Source: Antedon mediterranea
Taxonomy: Eukaryota; Animalia; Echinodermata
Assembly (NCBI RefSeq): GCF_964355755.1
Contig: NC_092671.1
Span: 25,246,070-25,310,069 of the forward strand
DNA: 64,000 bases
Direction of reading: 5' to 3'
Shown: piece by piece, positions 12,169 to 26,314 of the stretch
How the letters are laid out: every line of letters starts with the position of its first letter
Position numbering within the stretch: position 1 is the first letter of the stretch
The notes under the pieces: generated by a model
What the model was told of the DNA's origin: nothing
What the model saw: only the letters and a program-made list of their open reading frames with translations
Database searches by the model: none
Position numbers and translations under genes: made by a program

Positions 12169-14600
12169 CTACATACAATATTTGAATAAACATTTATTTT
12201 GTTGCAAAAAATGTAACATGTTATATTTTTCATTAACATTAAAGTTATTTTCGTGCATAAAAGGTATACTGTAATTACACATTAGATATACATATACTGT
12301 TACACATAGTATTTTAATATCAAAACATTTGTTTTCTTGCATAAAAGGTAAATCTGGATAAAGTATTTAAATATATTATAAGTTACCTTAACTGAACCAT
12401 CAAAATGTGGAGAGGAAATACAATGTTATAGTTTTTGTATTTATAATACCAACATTTTTCTCATACAGTTATGAAACCAAATATTAAAAACATTATCATA
12501 TAACTATAATGTAAAGAAAATTAAGAATATTAATTATGTATTCTTCATATTTTTTATTTTGTTGGAGTAACAAACATTATTTAGAGACATTATACCCAAA
12601 TATAATCCCACAGCTAAAATATGTAATCTTAGAAGAACTGTACATATTTTCTTATTGGTTTTATTGTGTACAGGTACTAGGTTAAATAAAGGGTTTCATT
12701 CCATAATTCATGGAAAAGATTCTATGAGATACAAATATGCATGCCCAAATCTCAAACATTTGTACAGTACTCAATATACCGTAACATTTTTTAAATGATC
12801 CACTTCAATCCATTTTCATTAAAAAAAGTTCAGTACCTAAAGAAGTTTAAGTTTCAGTAATATGTAACGATTAAGCCAAACTTTTATACCCGGTATTACC
12901 AAGCATAGGAAAAATAATTATTGCTTTCACTGTATACCTCCTCTATAGCTATCTATAGTGTTTTTCAAATTTAAAATTAAGAGTGAAATAAAACAGAAAA
13001 TAACAGGGGAAAAAATGGTAGAAAAAGAAAATAATTATTGTGTATGAACAAAAAAAGTAACAAGAAAAAGATACCTAAATATTATAATTAAAAACAAAAA
13101 AACCTCTACAGATTAGAAGTGAAGCATTGTCTCATCTTGCCATCGACAAGATAACATAAAACTAAACAAAACTGTATTATTAAATGCAAAATAAAACTGA
13201 ACTTATAATATATCTATAAAAATATGATTTTATGTTGTATGATTTTAATTTCAGTATTCAACGTAAAAGTACTATAAACATATACAGAAAGCAAGACAGA
13301 ATCCCACCTAATACTTGTCAATAATTATAGATGGAATGGACCAAAGCAAGACTGATTTACCATCTTTTGCTTGTGAGTCAAAGGAAACGTGGAAACTAGC
13401 CACACAAACTGGTGTACTAGTACATGGGCGACATGGGCACTGCTTCATTGACCTAACACAGTTTCCACATGACTCAAATCTAACCTTCAACATTATACTG
13501 AAGGTACCACCAGTATATCTGCAGTTGGACAACAACGGAAACAGTTGACCAGTGTACACAGTGAACTTTAAAGAACCCTATTCAAGACGAGTAGAGAGTT
13601 ACCTTGTTCTCGTTCACAAGATATCCCCTGTGTTGGGGGATTACAACCTGCCTAACAGGACAGTAATTAATGTAATATTGGTAATTATCTTAAGACATAA
13701 AAAATATATATATATATAATATTATAATAATAATTCAATAACATTCTAGTCTAACTAGATTTGTTGCTTTGAAAGTTATTTAAATCATTACTTCTTTTAT
13801 TTTTCAGATAAAGATCAGATTTTTAATGGTGGGTCACTCTTATTTTCATGTGTGGCCAAATACCTGAACAAATATAGAGCATCTACACTTGATCATCTCC
13901 GAAGTGCTGTTGAAAACTCGTACAAAAAGTTACCGATTACATCAAGTATAATTTCCTATCTGCATGACATTAAGATCTGGTTAGTGCCATACATGCAAGA
14001 CATACGTTTACCACAGCAAACCACACCATTTGTTTTGGATCAAACCGGAAAATGGTCAAAGGATTCTACTTGGTGTGAATGTGCACGACAAATGGACACA
14101 CTTCCATATTTGCTCTAGGAAAGCCCCACTGATATACCAGTGTTGTGTACTCCTGACTTTAGCAATACAGATCTACCAAAGTTTTAAAAAAGTCTGGCGC
14201 CTCTTGCCAATATTTTGCAAATAGAAGAACGTGACTGGTAGGAGGAATTTTTAAATAATATAGAAGACATCACAGAAGGCATGTACTGTACTACATTGCA
14301 CATACATTGTTTGGTTAACAAGAGAATTTTAATTTTACTATAGATTCAGCAGCCATAACAAAAGTTGGTTCACTGCATGCTTCCACTGATCATTTTATGT
14401 GAGAACCTAAAATTATCAAATAACATGAACGATATCTAGTGGAGTATACTGAAGAAACATGAATAAACCTGCCTCCTGATTAATTCATAAGATAGAATTT
14501 TAAGTCTGAACCCATGTTTGGGTAACTAACTTTTTTTTAGAAATACCTTTTTCATCCAGAATTCACAACATGTATTCCAAGAACAGTTTATATTATAAAT
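12168..14600 (+). repeat. Local duplication, copy A
   Basis: Near-identical to 14931-19410 apart from indels and insertions. Confidence 0.9.
13255..14280 (+). pseudogene. Decayed DDE transposase fragment, Sola-like (DGMDQ / LQLDN family), copy A
   Basis: SIIIDGMDQSKTDLP, TGVLVHG, FPHDSNLT, YLQLDN, DQ..FS; intron-like gaps, stops and deletions. Confidence 0.6.
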
Positions 14601-16023
14601 CTAGTAGGACACTCTACCCTGGGCTGATTTAAAACTTTGGGTTTATGTTTTATTGAACATAGTATCCCTAGTGGATGTTAAATCTTCGCAAATATGTAAG
14701 TTATTGGTTTATTTTTTTACAAACTTTATTTCATCATCACCCTACAGTTACCAAACGTCACCATTAAAAGGGTTAAGAAATTACATATTTGATGTTAATT
14801 GTTGGCACCAACGTTTTTTTGACTGAACAAATACAATTTTAGTGCTATTTTTTTATCATGGTAATTGGCCTCTACTTTTTTTTCTCAAGATAGCAGACTT
14901 GCATTAACAATGTACAACAATTAACATTATACTACATACAATATTTAATAAACATTTATTTTTTTGCATAAAAGGTATACTGTAATTACACATTACATAT
15001 ACATGTTACATATACATGTTACACATAGTATTTTAATATCAAAACAGTTGTTTTCTTGCATAAAAGGTCAGGATATCAGGAAAAAGTATTTAAATATATT
15101 ATAAGTTACCTTAATTGAAACATCCAAATGTGGAGAGGAAATACAATGTTATAGTTTTTGTATTTATAATACCAACATTTTTCTCATACAGTTATCTATG
15201 AAACCTAATATTAAAAACATTATCATATAACTATAATGTAAAGAAAAATACAGAATATTAATTATGTATTCTTCATATTTTTTATTTTGTTGGAGTAACA
15301 AACATTATTTAGAGACATTATACCCAAATATAATCCCACAGCTAAAATATGTAATCTTAGAAGAACTGTACATATTTTCTTATTGGTTTTATTATGTACA
15401 GGTACTAGGTTAAATAAAGGGTTTCATTCCATAATTCATGGAAAAGATTCTATGAGATACAAATATGCATGCCCAAATCTCAAACATTTGTACAGTACTC
15501 AATATACCGTAACATTTTTTAAATGATCCACTTCAATCTATTTTCATTAAAAAAAGTTCAGTACCTAAAGAAGTTTAAGTTTCAGTAATATGTAACGATT
15601 AAGCCAAACTTTTATACCCGGTATTACCAAGCATAGGAAAAATAATTATTGCTTTAACTGTATACCTCCTCTATAGCTATCTATATTGTTTTTCAAATTT
15701 AAAATTAAGAGTGAAATAAAACAGAAAATAAAAGGGGAAAAAATGGTAGAAAAAGAAAATAATTATTGTGTATGAACAATCAAATGAATGAATAAAAGTG
15801 GTTGTAAACAAAAAAAGTAACAAGAAAAAGATACCTAAATATTATAATTAAAAACAAAAAAACCTCTACAGATTAGAAGTGAAGCATTGTCTCATCTTGC
15901 CATCGACAAGGTAACATAAAACTAAACAAAACAAAAATGTATTATTAAATGCAAAATAAAACTGAACTTATAATAATTATATCTATAAAAATATGATTTT
16001 ATGTTGTATGATTTTAATTTCAG

Positions 16024-17478
16024 TATTGAACGTAAAAGTACTATAAACATATACAGAAAGCAAGACAGAATCCCACCTAATACTTGTCAATAATTATAGA
16101 TGGAATGGACCAAAGCAAGACAGAATCCCACCTAATACTTGTCAATAATTATAGATGGAATGGACCAAAGCAAGACAGAATCCCACCTAATACTTGTCAA
16201 TAATTATAGATGGAATGGACCAAAGCAAGACAGAATCCCACCTAATACTTGTCAATAATTATAGATGGAATGGACCAAAGCAAGACAGAATCCCACCTAA
16301 TACTTGTCAATAATTATAGATGGAATGGACCAAAGCAAGACAGAATCCCACCTAATACTTGTCAATAATTATAGATGGAATGGACCAAAGCAAGACAGAA
16401 TCCCACCTAATACTTGTCAATAATTATAGATGGAATGGACCAAAGCAAGACAGAATCCCACCTAATACTTGTCAATAATTATAGATGGAATGGACCAAAG
16501 CAAGACAGAATCCCACCTAATACTTGTCAATAATTATAGATGGAATGGACCAAAGCAAGACTGATTTACCATCTTTTGCTTGTGAGTCAAAGGAAACGTG
16601 GAAACTAGCCACACATGTAACTGGTGTACTAGTACATGGGCGACATGGGCACTGCTTCATTGACCTAACACAGTTTCCACATGACTCAAATCTAACCTTC
16701 AACATTATACTGAAGGTACCACCAGTAAATCTGCAGTTGGACAACAACGGAAACAGTTGACCAGTGTACACAGTGAACCCTATTCAAGACGAGTAGAGAG
16801 TTACCTTGTTCTCGTTCACAAGATATCCCCTGTGTTGGGGGATTACAACCTGCCTAACAGGACAGTAATTAATGTAATATTGGTAATTATCTTAAGACAT
16901 AAAAAATATATATATGTTATAATAATAATTCAATAACATTCTAGTCTAACTAGATTTGTTGCTTTGAAAAGTTATTTAAATCATTACTTCTTTTACTTTT
17001 CAGATAAAGATCAGATTTTTAATGGTGGGTCACTCTTATTTTCATGTGTGGCCAAATACCTGAACAAATATAGAGCATCTACACTTGATCATCTTCGAAG
17101 TGCTGTTGAAAACTCGTACAAAAAGTTACCGATTACATCAAGTATAATTTCCTATCTGCATGACATTAAGAACTGATTAGTGCCATACATGCAAGGCATA
17201 CGTTTACCACAGCAAAACCACACCATCTGTTTTGGATCAAACCGGAAAATGGTCAAAGGATTCTACTTGGTGTGAATGTGCACGACAAATGGACACACTT
17301 CAATATTTGCTCTAGGAAAGCCCCACTGATATACCAGTGTTGTGTACTCCTGATTTTAGCAATACAGATCTACCAAAGTTTAAAAAAAGTCTGGCGCCTG
17401 TTGCCAATTTTTTTTGCAAATAGAAGAACGTGACTGGTAGGAGGAATTTTTAAATAATATAGAAGACATCACAGAAGG
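16024..17478 (+). pseudogene. Decayed Sola-like transposase fragment, copy B
   Basis: Same motifs as copy A (ORF 16524-16760). Confidence 0.6.
16057..16561 (+). repeat. Perfect 55-bp tandem repeat, 9 copies
   Basis: Unit caagacagaatcccacctaatacttgtcaataattatagatggaatggaccaaag starts at 16061, 16116 ... 16501; no spacers. Confidence 0.95.
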
Positions 17479-18077
17479 TATGTACTGTACTACATTGCAC
17501 ATACATTGTTTGGTTAACAAGAAAAATTTTAATTTTTATCATTTGTTATGTATAATTGATAATAATGTAACACTTATGCAATGTGTATGTATTGCACTAA
17601 AGATAACGTAATGAGTATAACAATGGTTAGCAATTGTTCAAATGTGGATTATTATGTATGTTTGTTTGTTTGTTGTATTTATAGGGGTTTTTTTTCCAAG
17701 AGATGGCCGATTGTGGCTGACTGTAGTTTATATGTGATAAATGCCAGTGAATATGAATGTGAATCCGATTGTAGTTTATATGCGATAAATGCCAGTGAAT
17801 ATGAATGTGAATATGAATAAATGAAATACTGATGGAAATCAATGCTGCCTTCATATGATTGTGTCCAACTGATCTCGAACTACCACATATGTAAGAACCT
17901 AAAATTATCAAATAACATGAACGATATCTAGTGGAGTACACTGAAGAAACATGAATAAACCTGCCTCCTGATTAATTCATAAGATAGAATTTGAAGTCTG
18001 AACCCATGTTTGGGTAACTAACTTTTTTTAGAAATACCTTTTTCATCCAGAATTCACAACATGTTCCAAGCAGTTTA

Positions 18078-19400
18078 TCTAAATATAAATTTACGTAAGG
18101 GCAAAATTCGATAAATCGCGGTTTATTTCTAGAATTTTTACTCGATGGTATATAAAGTTGGTTCATACTTTCGGTACTGATTTTAACCACCTGATGTAAC
18201 CCTGTTTACTAATTAAATTGAGTTAGATAATTAGTTATTGACGATTAAAACGAATTTAGGTTCAACGATTTGCCCCAAATAGGGGTGTTTTCCGGTCGTG
18301 GTATACACTGTCTAATGGATGTCCAACTTGAAAAATACCCGCACACAATAATACGAGGACGCTTCGCATTTTCCTATCTCCTCCTACGATAATTGTTTTT
18401 AATAGCTGAAAACCGGTTGAACTGCTCGAGAACAGCATCATAATGTTGAAGACAGGCCGATTTTCTTTAAAAAATACTATTTTGATACATTTAATTTACG
18501 TTTTTACAAATGTATTGATTTGCGATGAATGGAACATTCCAATCTCTCAGTCTGCCAGTTTGGTTTAACACAAGTAGGTAAATTTATGAGCCCTTGGAGA
18601 ATAAACTTGCAATACTTTGACAATACAGTACTGCAAATACCTATTAACCATTTTTGGTCGTCATTTGAATCGAACATTTCTTACTGTGAATACTGTTAGA
18701 TGTAAAAAAATATATACAAACATTTCTTACTGTGAATACTGTTAGATGTAAAAAAATATATACAAATAAACTTTATTACTGTGATTATGGGTAGGCTCTA
18801 CTGTTAGATATATAAACACGTAATATACAAATAAACTTTATTAGGCCTACTGACAGTTGCTTCTCAACGTTTGCATTAATTAATAATTACAAAAAATATA
18901 AACGTCGTAGTGGTGTATCGTTACATGTACTTTACTATTTCAATCGACTATGACAGTGACAGTTTTAACAAAGTATTAAATCGCAAATGTTTTACTATAT
19001 TTAGTCACCGTTAGTGGTATATTATTTATAGGCCTATAAAAAATGAAAACAATATTTCGTTACTGACGTGGATAAAGAATATATTTAAAAATTGTTCCTC
19101 TTTGTACCTATCCTCTTTCCCATCCCTCAACCCTAATTGGGTTTCTTTAAATGAATAAACAATTTGGACTCATTTTGTGGTAAGTTTCTCTTTCGGAAGT
19201 AATTCCCAGGGTGCTAATTTTGGTTGACTACATAAATCATTGTGTCTACTTATTCGTTTCTGTAAACGACAATGTATTATAATCCTGCGGTACGTGCACT
19301 TAAAATCGCCAGATTTTTTACCCTGAAATTACTTTGTAATCCGGAACCATCTGTGGGCACGACCTAGATGGTACGCTCGCTTCGCTCGCGTACCATCTAG
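18078..19400 (+). mobile_element. Non-autonomous Helitron (1323 bp)
   Basis: A|TC start, CTAG|T end, 3' hairpin ctagatggtacgc/gcgtaccatctag, no TSD. The empty site is visible in copy A at 14590/14591. Confidence 0.9.
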
Positions 19401-20850
19401 TATTATAAATACAAAATTGTAATATTCTAATGTAAAAGACCTTAGAATAACAGTACTGAAAAAGTGCGATTTGTTAGACCTTCCACCGCTAATAAATCAG
19501 GTTAATGGCTTCGCGAGGCAAATTGTATGATACAGTGCTGCTGCCGTTGGTTTTTGGTTTGGAATGCAATATATTACATGAATGCACTACAGCATTGTTT
19601 TAGATTGTTTATAATGTCAAATCAGGTTTCATTGAAATTTGACAAACAAAACACAAAAAGTTATAAATAACTTTATGTCTATCTAATTTGGTGGTTAAAC
19701 ACTGAAGTTGATTTTGCAAAGAAACCTTTTTCTGGAAATGTTATTTAACCAACTGGGTGAACTGTCTACTAAACTGATACTGTATATTAACAATTACTAC
19801 CAAGAAGAACAAATTCATTTCTCCAGAAGTAACAAAACTACATGTACTTTTAAACATGTGTACAATGCTAAAAATGGAAAGTTCCTTTAGAAACCTTCTA
19901 TTTTGAACTTTGAACTATTGGCCTTTAAGCATTATTTTAATTTTATAGACATCTTGGTTATCGACAGGAGTACATAAGCGAAATTGGTGTCAAAATACTC
20001 AGAAGACTCATATTTATATTCACTGTAAGGGAAAAGTTTTTAAAAAAATGACCAGACCAGACAAATTTGGGTTATCTCAATACTGCATCAACTGCTGGCC
20101 GTAGAGACTTCAAAATTGTCCTAAATTTGGAGAGTGCTCAGCTTTCTATTCACTGTTGTTAAAGAAAAATATTAAAAGCCTTTAGAAACCACCTATTTTG
20201 ATATAAATATAATAATAAATAAATACAGTATTTTATATCATAATTATATAGAAATCTTTGTGATCGATAGGAATACATAATATAATAAATAAATAAATAA
20301 AATATAATATTCCAAATTTTAATTTCTTTTATAGAAATGGTGTCCAAAGTTGTTATGGTCTTCAACAGATTTTCATGCACTTAATTTGTTAACCATCATT
20401 TATTCCTAAAGTATTTTCGATTTTTAGAGAATTTTGATTAGAAAAAAACCAGAGGAAAACTTTCACATCTTGAAGATAAATGCAATAATTCTTTTAAAAT
20501 TAAATTGCATCATATCAGATAAGAATTGGAGGTATGACTAGAGCCTAAAATCAGACTAAAAAATAATGTTATTAGTTATGAATTATGTACTCCAGACCCA
20601 CATACACAAAGAAATGTAATAGTGCAGCTCAATTGAAGAAAAAAACTATTTTACAAATAAGTATGTGTCAATCAACCAGTAGTGGTCTCTGCTATAGATT
20701 AAATGGCACTGCCAAAGAGGAAACATTTAAGAATTGGTGTAGCTGCAAAGTTTAAACATGGATATTAGCCATATAAAGAAGGCATGGCATTTTTTGGAGG
20801 ACTAATTTCTAACATTAATATTAAAAAAAAAAAAAATAATAACATTTGTT

Positions 20851-21260
20851 TGGTAGATACCAATGAATGAGGATTTGAAACAATTAACAGCATTTATAAC
20901 GCCTGATGGATTATTCCAGTTTAAGGTAATGCCTTTTGGTTTGATTAACGCTCCTGCAACATTCACACAAATCATGAGAATACTTGTACACAACATTGAT
21001 GGGGTTGTCAACTACATTGACAACATATTAGTATTTTCAGACACATGGGAAGAACATATTACCAAATTGCATGATGTTTTTGAACGTATTAGCAATGCTA
21101 ATTTGACAGTGAGACCCAGTAAATGTTTCATTGGACATGACAACATTGAGTTCCTAGGGCATGTTGTAACTAATGGTAAAATATTCCCGAGAATTGGTTG
21201 GGTTTTTAACATTTTGAACATGGCAAAGCCTGAAACCAAAAAACAATTGAGGTCTTTCTT
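20851..21260 (+). pseudogene. Isolated Gypsy reverse transcriptase fragment
   Basis: TAFITPDGLFQFKVMPFGLINAPATF...YIDN(D)ILVFS...PSKC...FLGH...KQLRSF. Confidence 0.85.
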
Positions 21261-22139
21261 TTATTAAAGTAAATAGAAAGTTGGCATTCTGAATAATTTG
21301 GAAAAACTTTTAAATTTCTACGGCCAGTCGTTGATGAGATATTGAGATAATCCAAATTTATGGTCAAAGGTCAAAATAGGCATTTACGGCCTTTTTTTGT
21401 TAAACCTTTCCATTACAGTGAATATAGATATGGGTCATTGGATATGAAGCATTGGCCAGGTATCGGGACCTTGGAATGTTACAATCTACTCGGCAGCTTC
21501 ATCCTGCCTGATCATCTCTTGAAGTTAGATTCCATCTTACCAACGAATCTTCCAATGAAACCAGTGGTTTATACCCATTACAGACAAACTTTTTAACTTT
21601 TCCATCAATGATAGTATTTATAAATCTTGAAAAAAGACCAGAAGTAAACTCAAGACTGAGTGAAAACTGCCAAGACATTATTAGCTGTATGAAACCTCTT
21701 ATAATAAGTATTGATGGAATGGAAAAGACTACAAAGCTACAATGGATGTGGTACATTACAAGCGGAAAAGAAAAATACTCCTACAGAATATACAGGAAGG
21801 AAAAACCAAGTCTTGGAGGCAAATTTAGGAAGACATTATTATTATTATTAAATACAGTAGATGGTCCATTTATTGTGTGTGTTATGCCATGTTCTGTAGT
21901 TCCTCTCCTGTTGAAGATATTGACATCATGATGTTTATTGTGATCAGGATTGCAGTACTGCAGTTGCAGTGTTTTGTAACTTTATCTGTGGTTCGCAAAC
22001 TATCTGCGTAGCGAGCAATCTAAGATGGCAGAAGAAGCTATGTTCAGCAATTCATTCAACAGAAATCAGAAAACAGAACAAACAGAAATTCAATTATTTT
22101 TGAAGAGATCAGTCAAAATGCAAACATCGAATCAGTTGC

Positions 22140-22250
22140 TATATTAATCAAACCTTCATCTAGCAGGCAGCTCCATTCTCTTAACCACTATCTACAGACC
22201 ACCTAGTGCTTCAGTTGATTTGTTTTTTTGGACCTAGAGTCCTTAATTTA
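22140..22250 (+). mobile_element. LINE AP-endonuclease fragment
   Basis: ILLTTIYRPPSASVDLF, the CR1/L2-type YRPP motif. Confidence 0.45.
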
Positions 22251-22487
22251 ATTGCAATTGCAAAAACAACATGACAAAATCAAGTTTCATTGAAATTCCA
22301 CAAACAAAACATGAAAGGTTTAATTTGGTTGTTAATAACACGCCAAGTTGATTGTGCAAGAAACTTTTTTCATGGAAATGTTCCTGTATAAAGGAGAAAA
22401 AATGATCCAGGTATATTTAAATTGCAATGACAAAAAAGATTCACCACAGCAACTAGCTTCAACCGAAAATGTGAGAAGTCAGTTGGA

Positions 22488-23260
22488 TCAGACCATAATA
22501 TGGTGTTGCTGTTACCACAATACAAGCAAAAACTAAAGTCAGCTTGTGCGTACAAATTACATTAAAAAAATGGAGCGAGATACATGTATAAATAGTGAGG
22601 AGATACTAATCGACTGTTTTAGTTGCACTGCTTGGAGCAAGTTGTTACAGATTCAAATTCTGTGAATGATGATAGTCCCAGAAGTAAAAATCTATCTAAA
22701 TCTATTCAAAATAATAACCATGGCCAACCAAAGTTATTAGCTTAAATAGAAAAATGTATCATTTAAAAGAGGTGACAATTAGCAGCATACAGGCAACAAT
22801 GCAATGTAGTAGGGGGAAAATAATGGACCTGAAAGTTAAATATGGGAAAAAAGGTATGAAGAAATTAGTTCTCAGAAAGATTCTAAATATTTAACGGTAG
22901 TATGGGAAAATCAAAAAGTACACAAAAATGTGGCTTTAATAATGACACTGAACTTGCAAATGAACTAAATACATTTTTTAAAGATTTAATTTGAAGATGA
23001 ACACCTATAGTAGAAGAATTAGTGAAAATGGATAAAAGGAAACTAAAGATAAATTAGATTATTTCAATTGTCCAGAAATAACAGAACACATACTTTAACA
23101 ACTTTAAAGTGAGCAATGCTGCCAGACCGGATGGCGTAAGCACTATAGTTTGCTCAAACAATGTTCAAATGAGCTCATGTGTTCTGTCAAATTTTTAGGT
23201 TGTCTCTAGAGACACACACTGTCCCAATACTTTAGAAATCCCACTTTATATTGTAACACC
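22488..23260 (+). mobile_element. Highly decayed LINE ORF2 fragment (CR1 or Rex-Babar-like)
   Basis: SDHNMVLLLPQYKQKLK, LANELNTFF, AA.PDGVS, LKQCSNEL and SLETHTVP remnants in mixed frames. Confidence 0.5.
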
Positions 23261-24867
23261 AATTGGGAAAAAAAGCTGGAATTCTTTAACTATTCCTGTG
23301 GATTCTGTCTTCAAGACATTGCTGAAAACAACATCCTTTTAGGAAGTGTTCGCCAATGTCAAATTGAATTGCCAACAGCTAAACGAAATTTCTTATTATG
23401 CAACGTTTACAGATATCGTGTTTTTATTGTGGAAAAAATAGATGAAGAGTAAAGACAAAGATGGACACTTTCCACTTTGTGAGGATCTCTGTAAACAAAG
23501 TTGATACCAAGTTTTACTATTGTTTTTTTAAAGTGCATTTACAAGCAATTTTATAGCTTGTTTTATAACTAATGTCTGTAACCTAGATGAGTTCCATAAA
23601 AAGTTAGATGTTACATCAAATCTATACAGAACAACTAATTCAACACATCAATAATGTAGCAAGTAACTAAACATCTGTTGTAAATGTAAATAATGCAGTA
23701 GATTAAAACAACTTTTCGTTGCATTGTTTTAATTTTGTTTCTTGAAATCTTACAAAAAATTTAAATTTAAAACAAATAACTTGAAATACCATGATAAATC
23801 CGTTGGCTACAGATAAATTACAAATTTAATGAAATGTTTATAATAAAACAATACAAAAATCACGTTTTTGATACGGTTTCAACTATTTGTTAGTGAACCG
23901 TGTTGGAATTTCCATCAAGCCTTTTAATTTACTTTTGAAATTTAAATGGAAGTTTATGTTAATTATATTAGAAATGGAATTAGGTGTGCAGATCATTATC
24001 ATGGTAAATCATGTGCTATAGATTCTTTTATTGAATTGTTTTATTTTAGTATATACAAATTTGCAAATAATTCACAAAATTTGTTTACGATAGAAAAGTG
24101 CTGCCTATAGAACTGAGTATTCCCATCGTATTGTCCAATCATGACGAAATATCAGAAACTGATGCTTTGAAAAAGAGAGTGTACACTTTTTAGAACTCAA
24201 AGATTAAATTAAAAATGCATCAAAAAATATTTTTAAAAATCAGAGAAAATCCACCACTCCTCATCCAATCGGTGTACACACACAGTACAGCCTAGATGGA
24301 CGCCGGGGATGTCCAGGACTGACTGACGGCTGCCTGCCAAAGTAAGCCATAGACATCAGGAGCGAGATCTCTGAAATCCGATGGTGCTCCAAATTGGAGG
24401 GGTACACTGCATCATGGAGTTGTAACTATTTTGCATTACTTCTAAAATGTTTAACTCCCTCCATAATTGCATTATATTTCTGATATGTTTTTATTTTGCT
24501 TGATCTCACTTTGTATATTTTATATTCTTATTTTTCTTCTTTTTATTTTAGGAATTTTTTTCACGCCTGTCTATGAAAATTGTTATTTTTTGTAATTGTA
24601 ATGTGTCCGCCTAAGTTTTATGCTTAGGAACTACAAAGACAAGCCACTTTGGCTTCCGTGTGTCCTGACCATAAACAATGTAAACTGTCTGTTGATGTTG
24701 AATAAATGTCACCGATCACAGAACATTAAGATGGTAATTTTTTTTTCATCCATTTTTCTATAATCGACGCATACCAAAACTCTTTATCTTTAATTATTGT
24801 ATATCAAAATTTTCATATGGCGGAATTATATTATTTTGTAAAATGGCTGGAGCCGAGAAAAGATAAA

Positions 24868-25053
24868 GCGCCATCACTCACGTCCTCGTGAGTTATCGTT
24901 GTTACTGTGTGCCACCTTGCGCCCTATCGAGGGACATTGTTCACATAGAGTTAGTTTGTTCGTGTTACATTATATATTGTGTCGGTTGATATTATATTCG
25001 TTTATACATTAATGTGTTCATATCTACATAAAGTTGATGAGTCTTTATTGCCG
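24868..25053 (+). repeat. 5' LTR (lacks the initial TGTT)
   Basis: Direct repeat of 31076-31261 with a handful of substitutions and small indels. Confidence 0.85.
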
Positions 25054-25064
25054 TGGTGGCAGCG
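25054..25064 (+). promoter_or_regulatory. Primer binding site, tRNA-Leu-type
   Basis: TGGTGGCAGCG immediately after the 5' LTR; complementary to the ...CGCUGCCACCA 3' end of tRNA-Leu (from recall). Confidence 0.7.
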
Positions 25065-26225
25065 CATTACCTATGACCGCTAAATCGCTTCAATAAACAG
25101 AAGACAGAGACACTTCATACCTTTATAAATCACTGAACATTTTTTTCGCCCGCTAGGCTAACGGACTCGACCTTGAAGTCTAGCTCGCATTATATAGACG
25201 TAGTCAACCGAACGCCCTCTCAGTCGACAATCTTCACGCACGTGAGTAGTAAAGGCCAGCCTTGTTTACGTTACAACATCAGCGTTTACTGCCTCCAACA
25301 TGGCTACTGTGAGAGCCCCAAAACAATGGCAGCTTACCAAAAATGAAACAGTTAACTCTTTTGAAAACTGGCGACAGAATTTAGAATATATTTTAACTCT
25401 TGATGCAAATTTTACACCATTCCTAGTTGACACATTTACTTGGAAAAAGAAAACTGCAGGAAATCCCACAAGGGGAATACCTGACGACGACGACACTGTC
25501 CCCGCCGCTTCAAGAAAAACTTTGCTTCAAAAAAATGCTCAACTTGACCTTATGTTAGGCCAAATTCCAAACTTTTGCTCAGTCATATCCAGGAATTCTA
25601 TTATAAAGCAATCAACATCACTCCCTGACATTTGGCAGAAAATACGACAACATTTTGGTTTCCAGTCCTCTGGAGCACACTTCTTGGATTTATCAAACAT
25701 CAAACTGCTAACCGACGAAAAACCTCAGGATCTCTTGCAACGACTTGTAGCTTTTTTTGAGGACAACCTTTTAACATGGATGGGTCCACCACTAGGAAGA
25801 ATATTGTAATGATATTAAAGAAATTGATATGGACAAAAAAAAGTATAGCCTAGACCTGAACGTCTAGCATGCAGAATAAAACATTGGGCTTTTTTTCTAA
25901 GCAAAAATAGGTAGCAATAATTCTGTATTGTATGTCCTTTAAATGCCAATGAATGTTATTTAGCCTAGGCCCCTTTACCATTTTAAAACTTGGGCATTGT
26001 TTAGTAGAAGATAGCAGTTTATATTTAGGCATCATTCCTAGGCTAGGCCCCTATATCACACACATGGGTAGGACTGCAGTTTATAACTGTTACTAGGCCT
26101 AGCCTATACTTACTAGCCTTTCTTAGGGAGAACAGTTTTAATATCATTGATGGAGGAAAATGGTTTTATAAATTATTTATTTAATATAAAATTATATTAA
26201 TTATATTACTTAGAAAAGCAAATCA

Positions 26226-26268
26226 ATCTCTTTTGGTTCAAATGGTGGCTCTGAAAAGAGCCTTTTGG
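26226..26268 (-). promoter_or_regulatory. Replication-dependent histone mRNA 3' stem-loop plus purine-rich downstream element
   Basis: Minus strand reads ccaaaa GGCTCTTTTCAGAGCC acca tttgaacc AAAAGAGAT; stem-loop at 26262-26247, HDE-like at 26234-26226. Confidence 0.85.
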
Positions 26269-26314
26269 TTTGAGAAGTCTTTGACTGTGTGTACTGCTTA
26301 TCCACGGATATAAT

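Larger units (their letters stand above)
14931..19410 (+). repeat. Local duplication, copy B (expanded by a tandem array and a Helitron)
   Basis: Starts actacatacaatattt as in copy A; homology ends at tattataaat (19401-19410, matching 14591-14600). Confidence 0.9.

Noticed and set aside
14760-14776. piggyBac-like right end (aaagggttaa)
   Set aside because: No matching left TIR or transposase was found.
16057-16561. CRISPR-like array
   Set aside because: Units are identical head-to-tail with no spacers, there are no cas genes, the context is eukaryotic, and the unit derives from transposase coding sequence.
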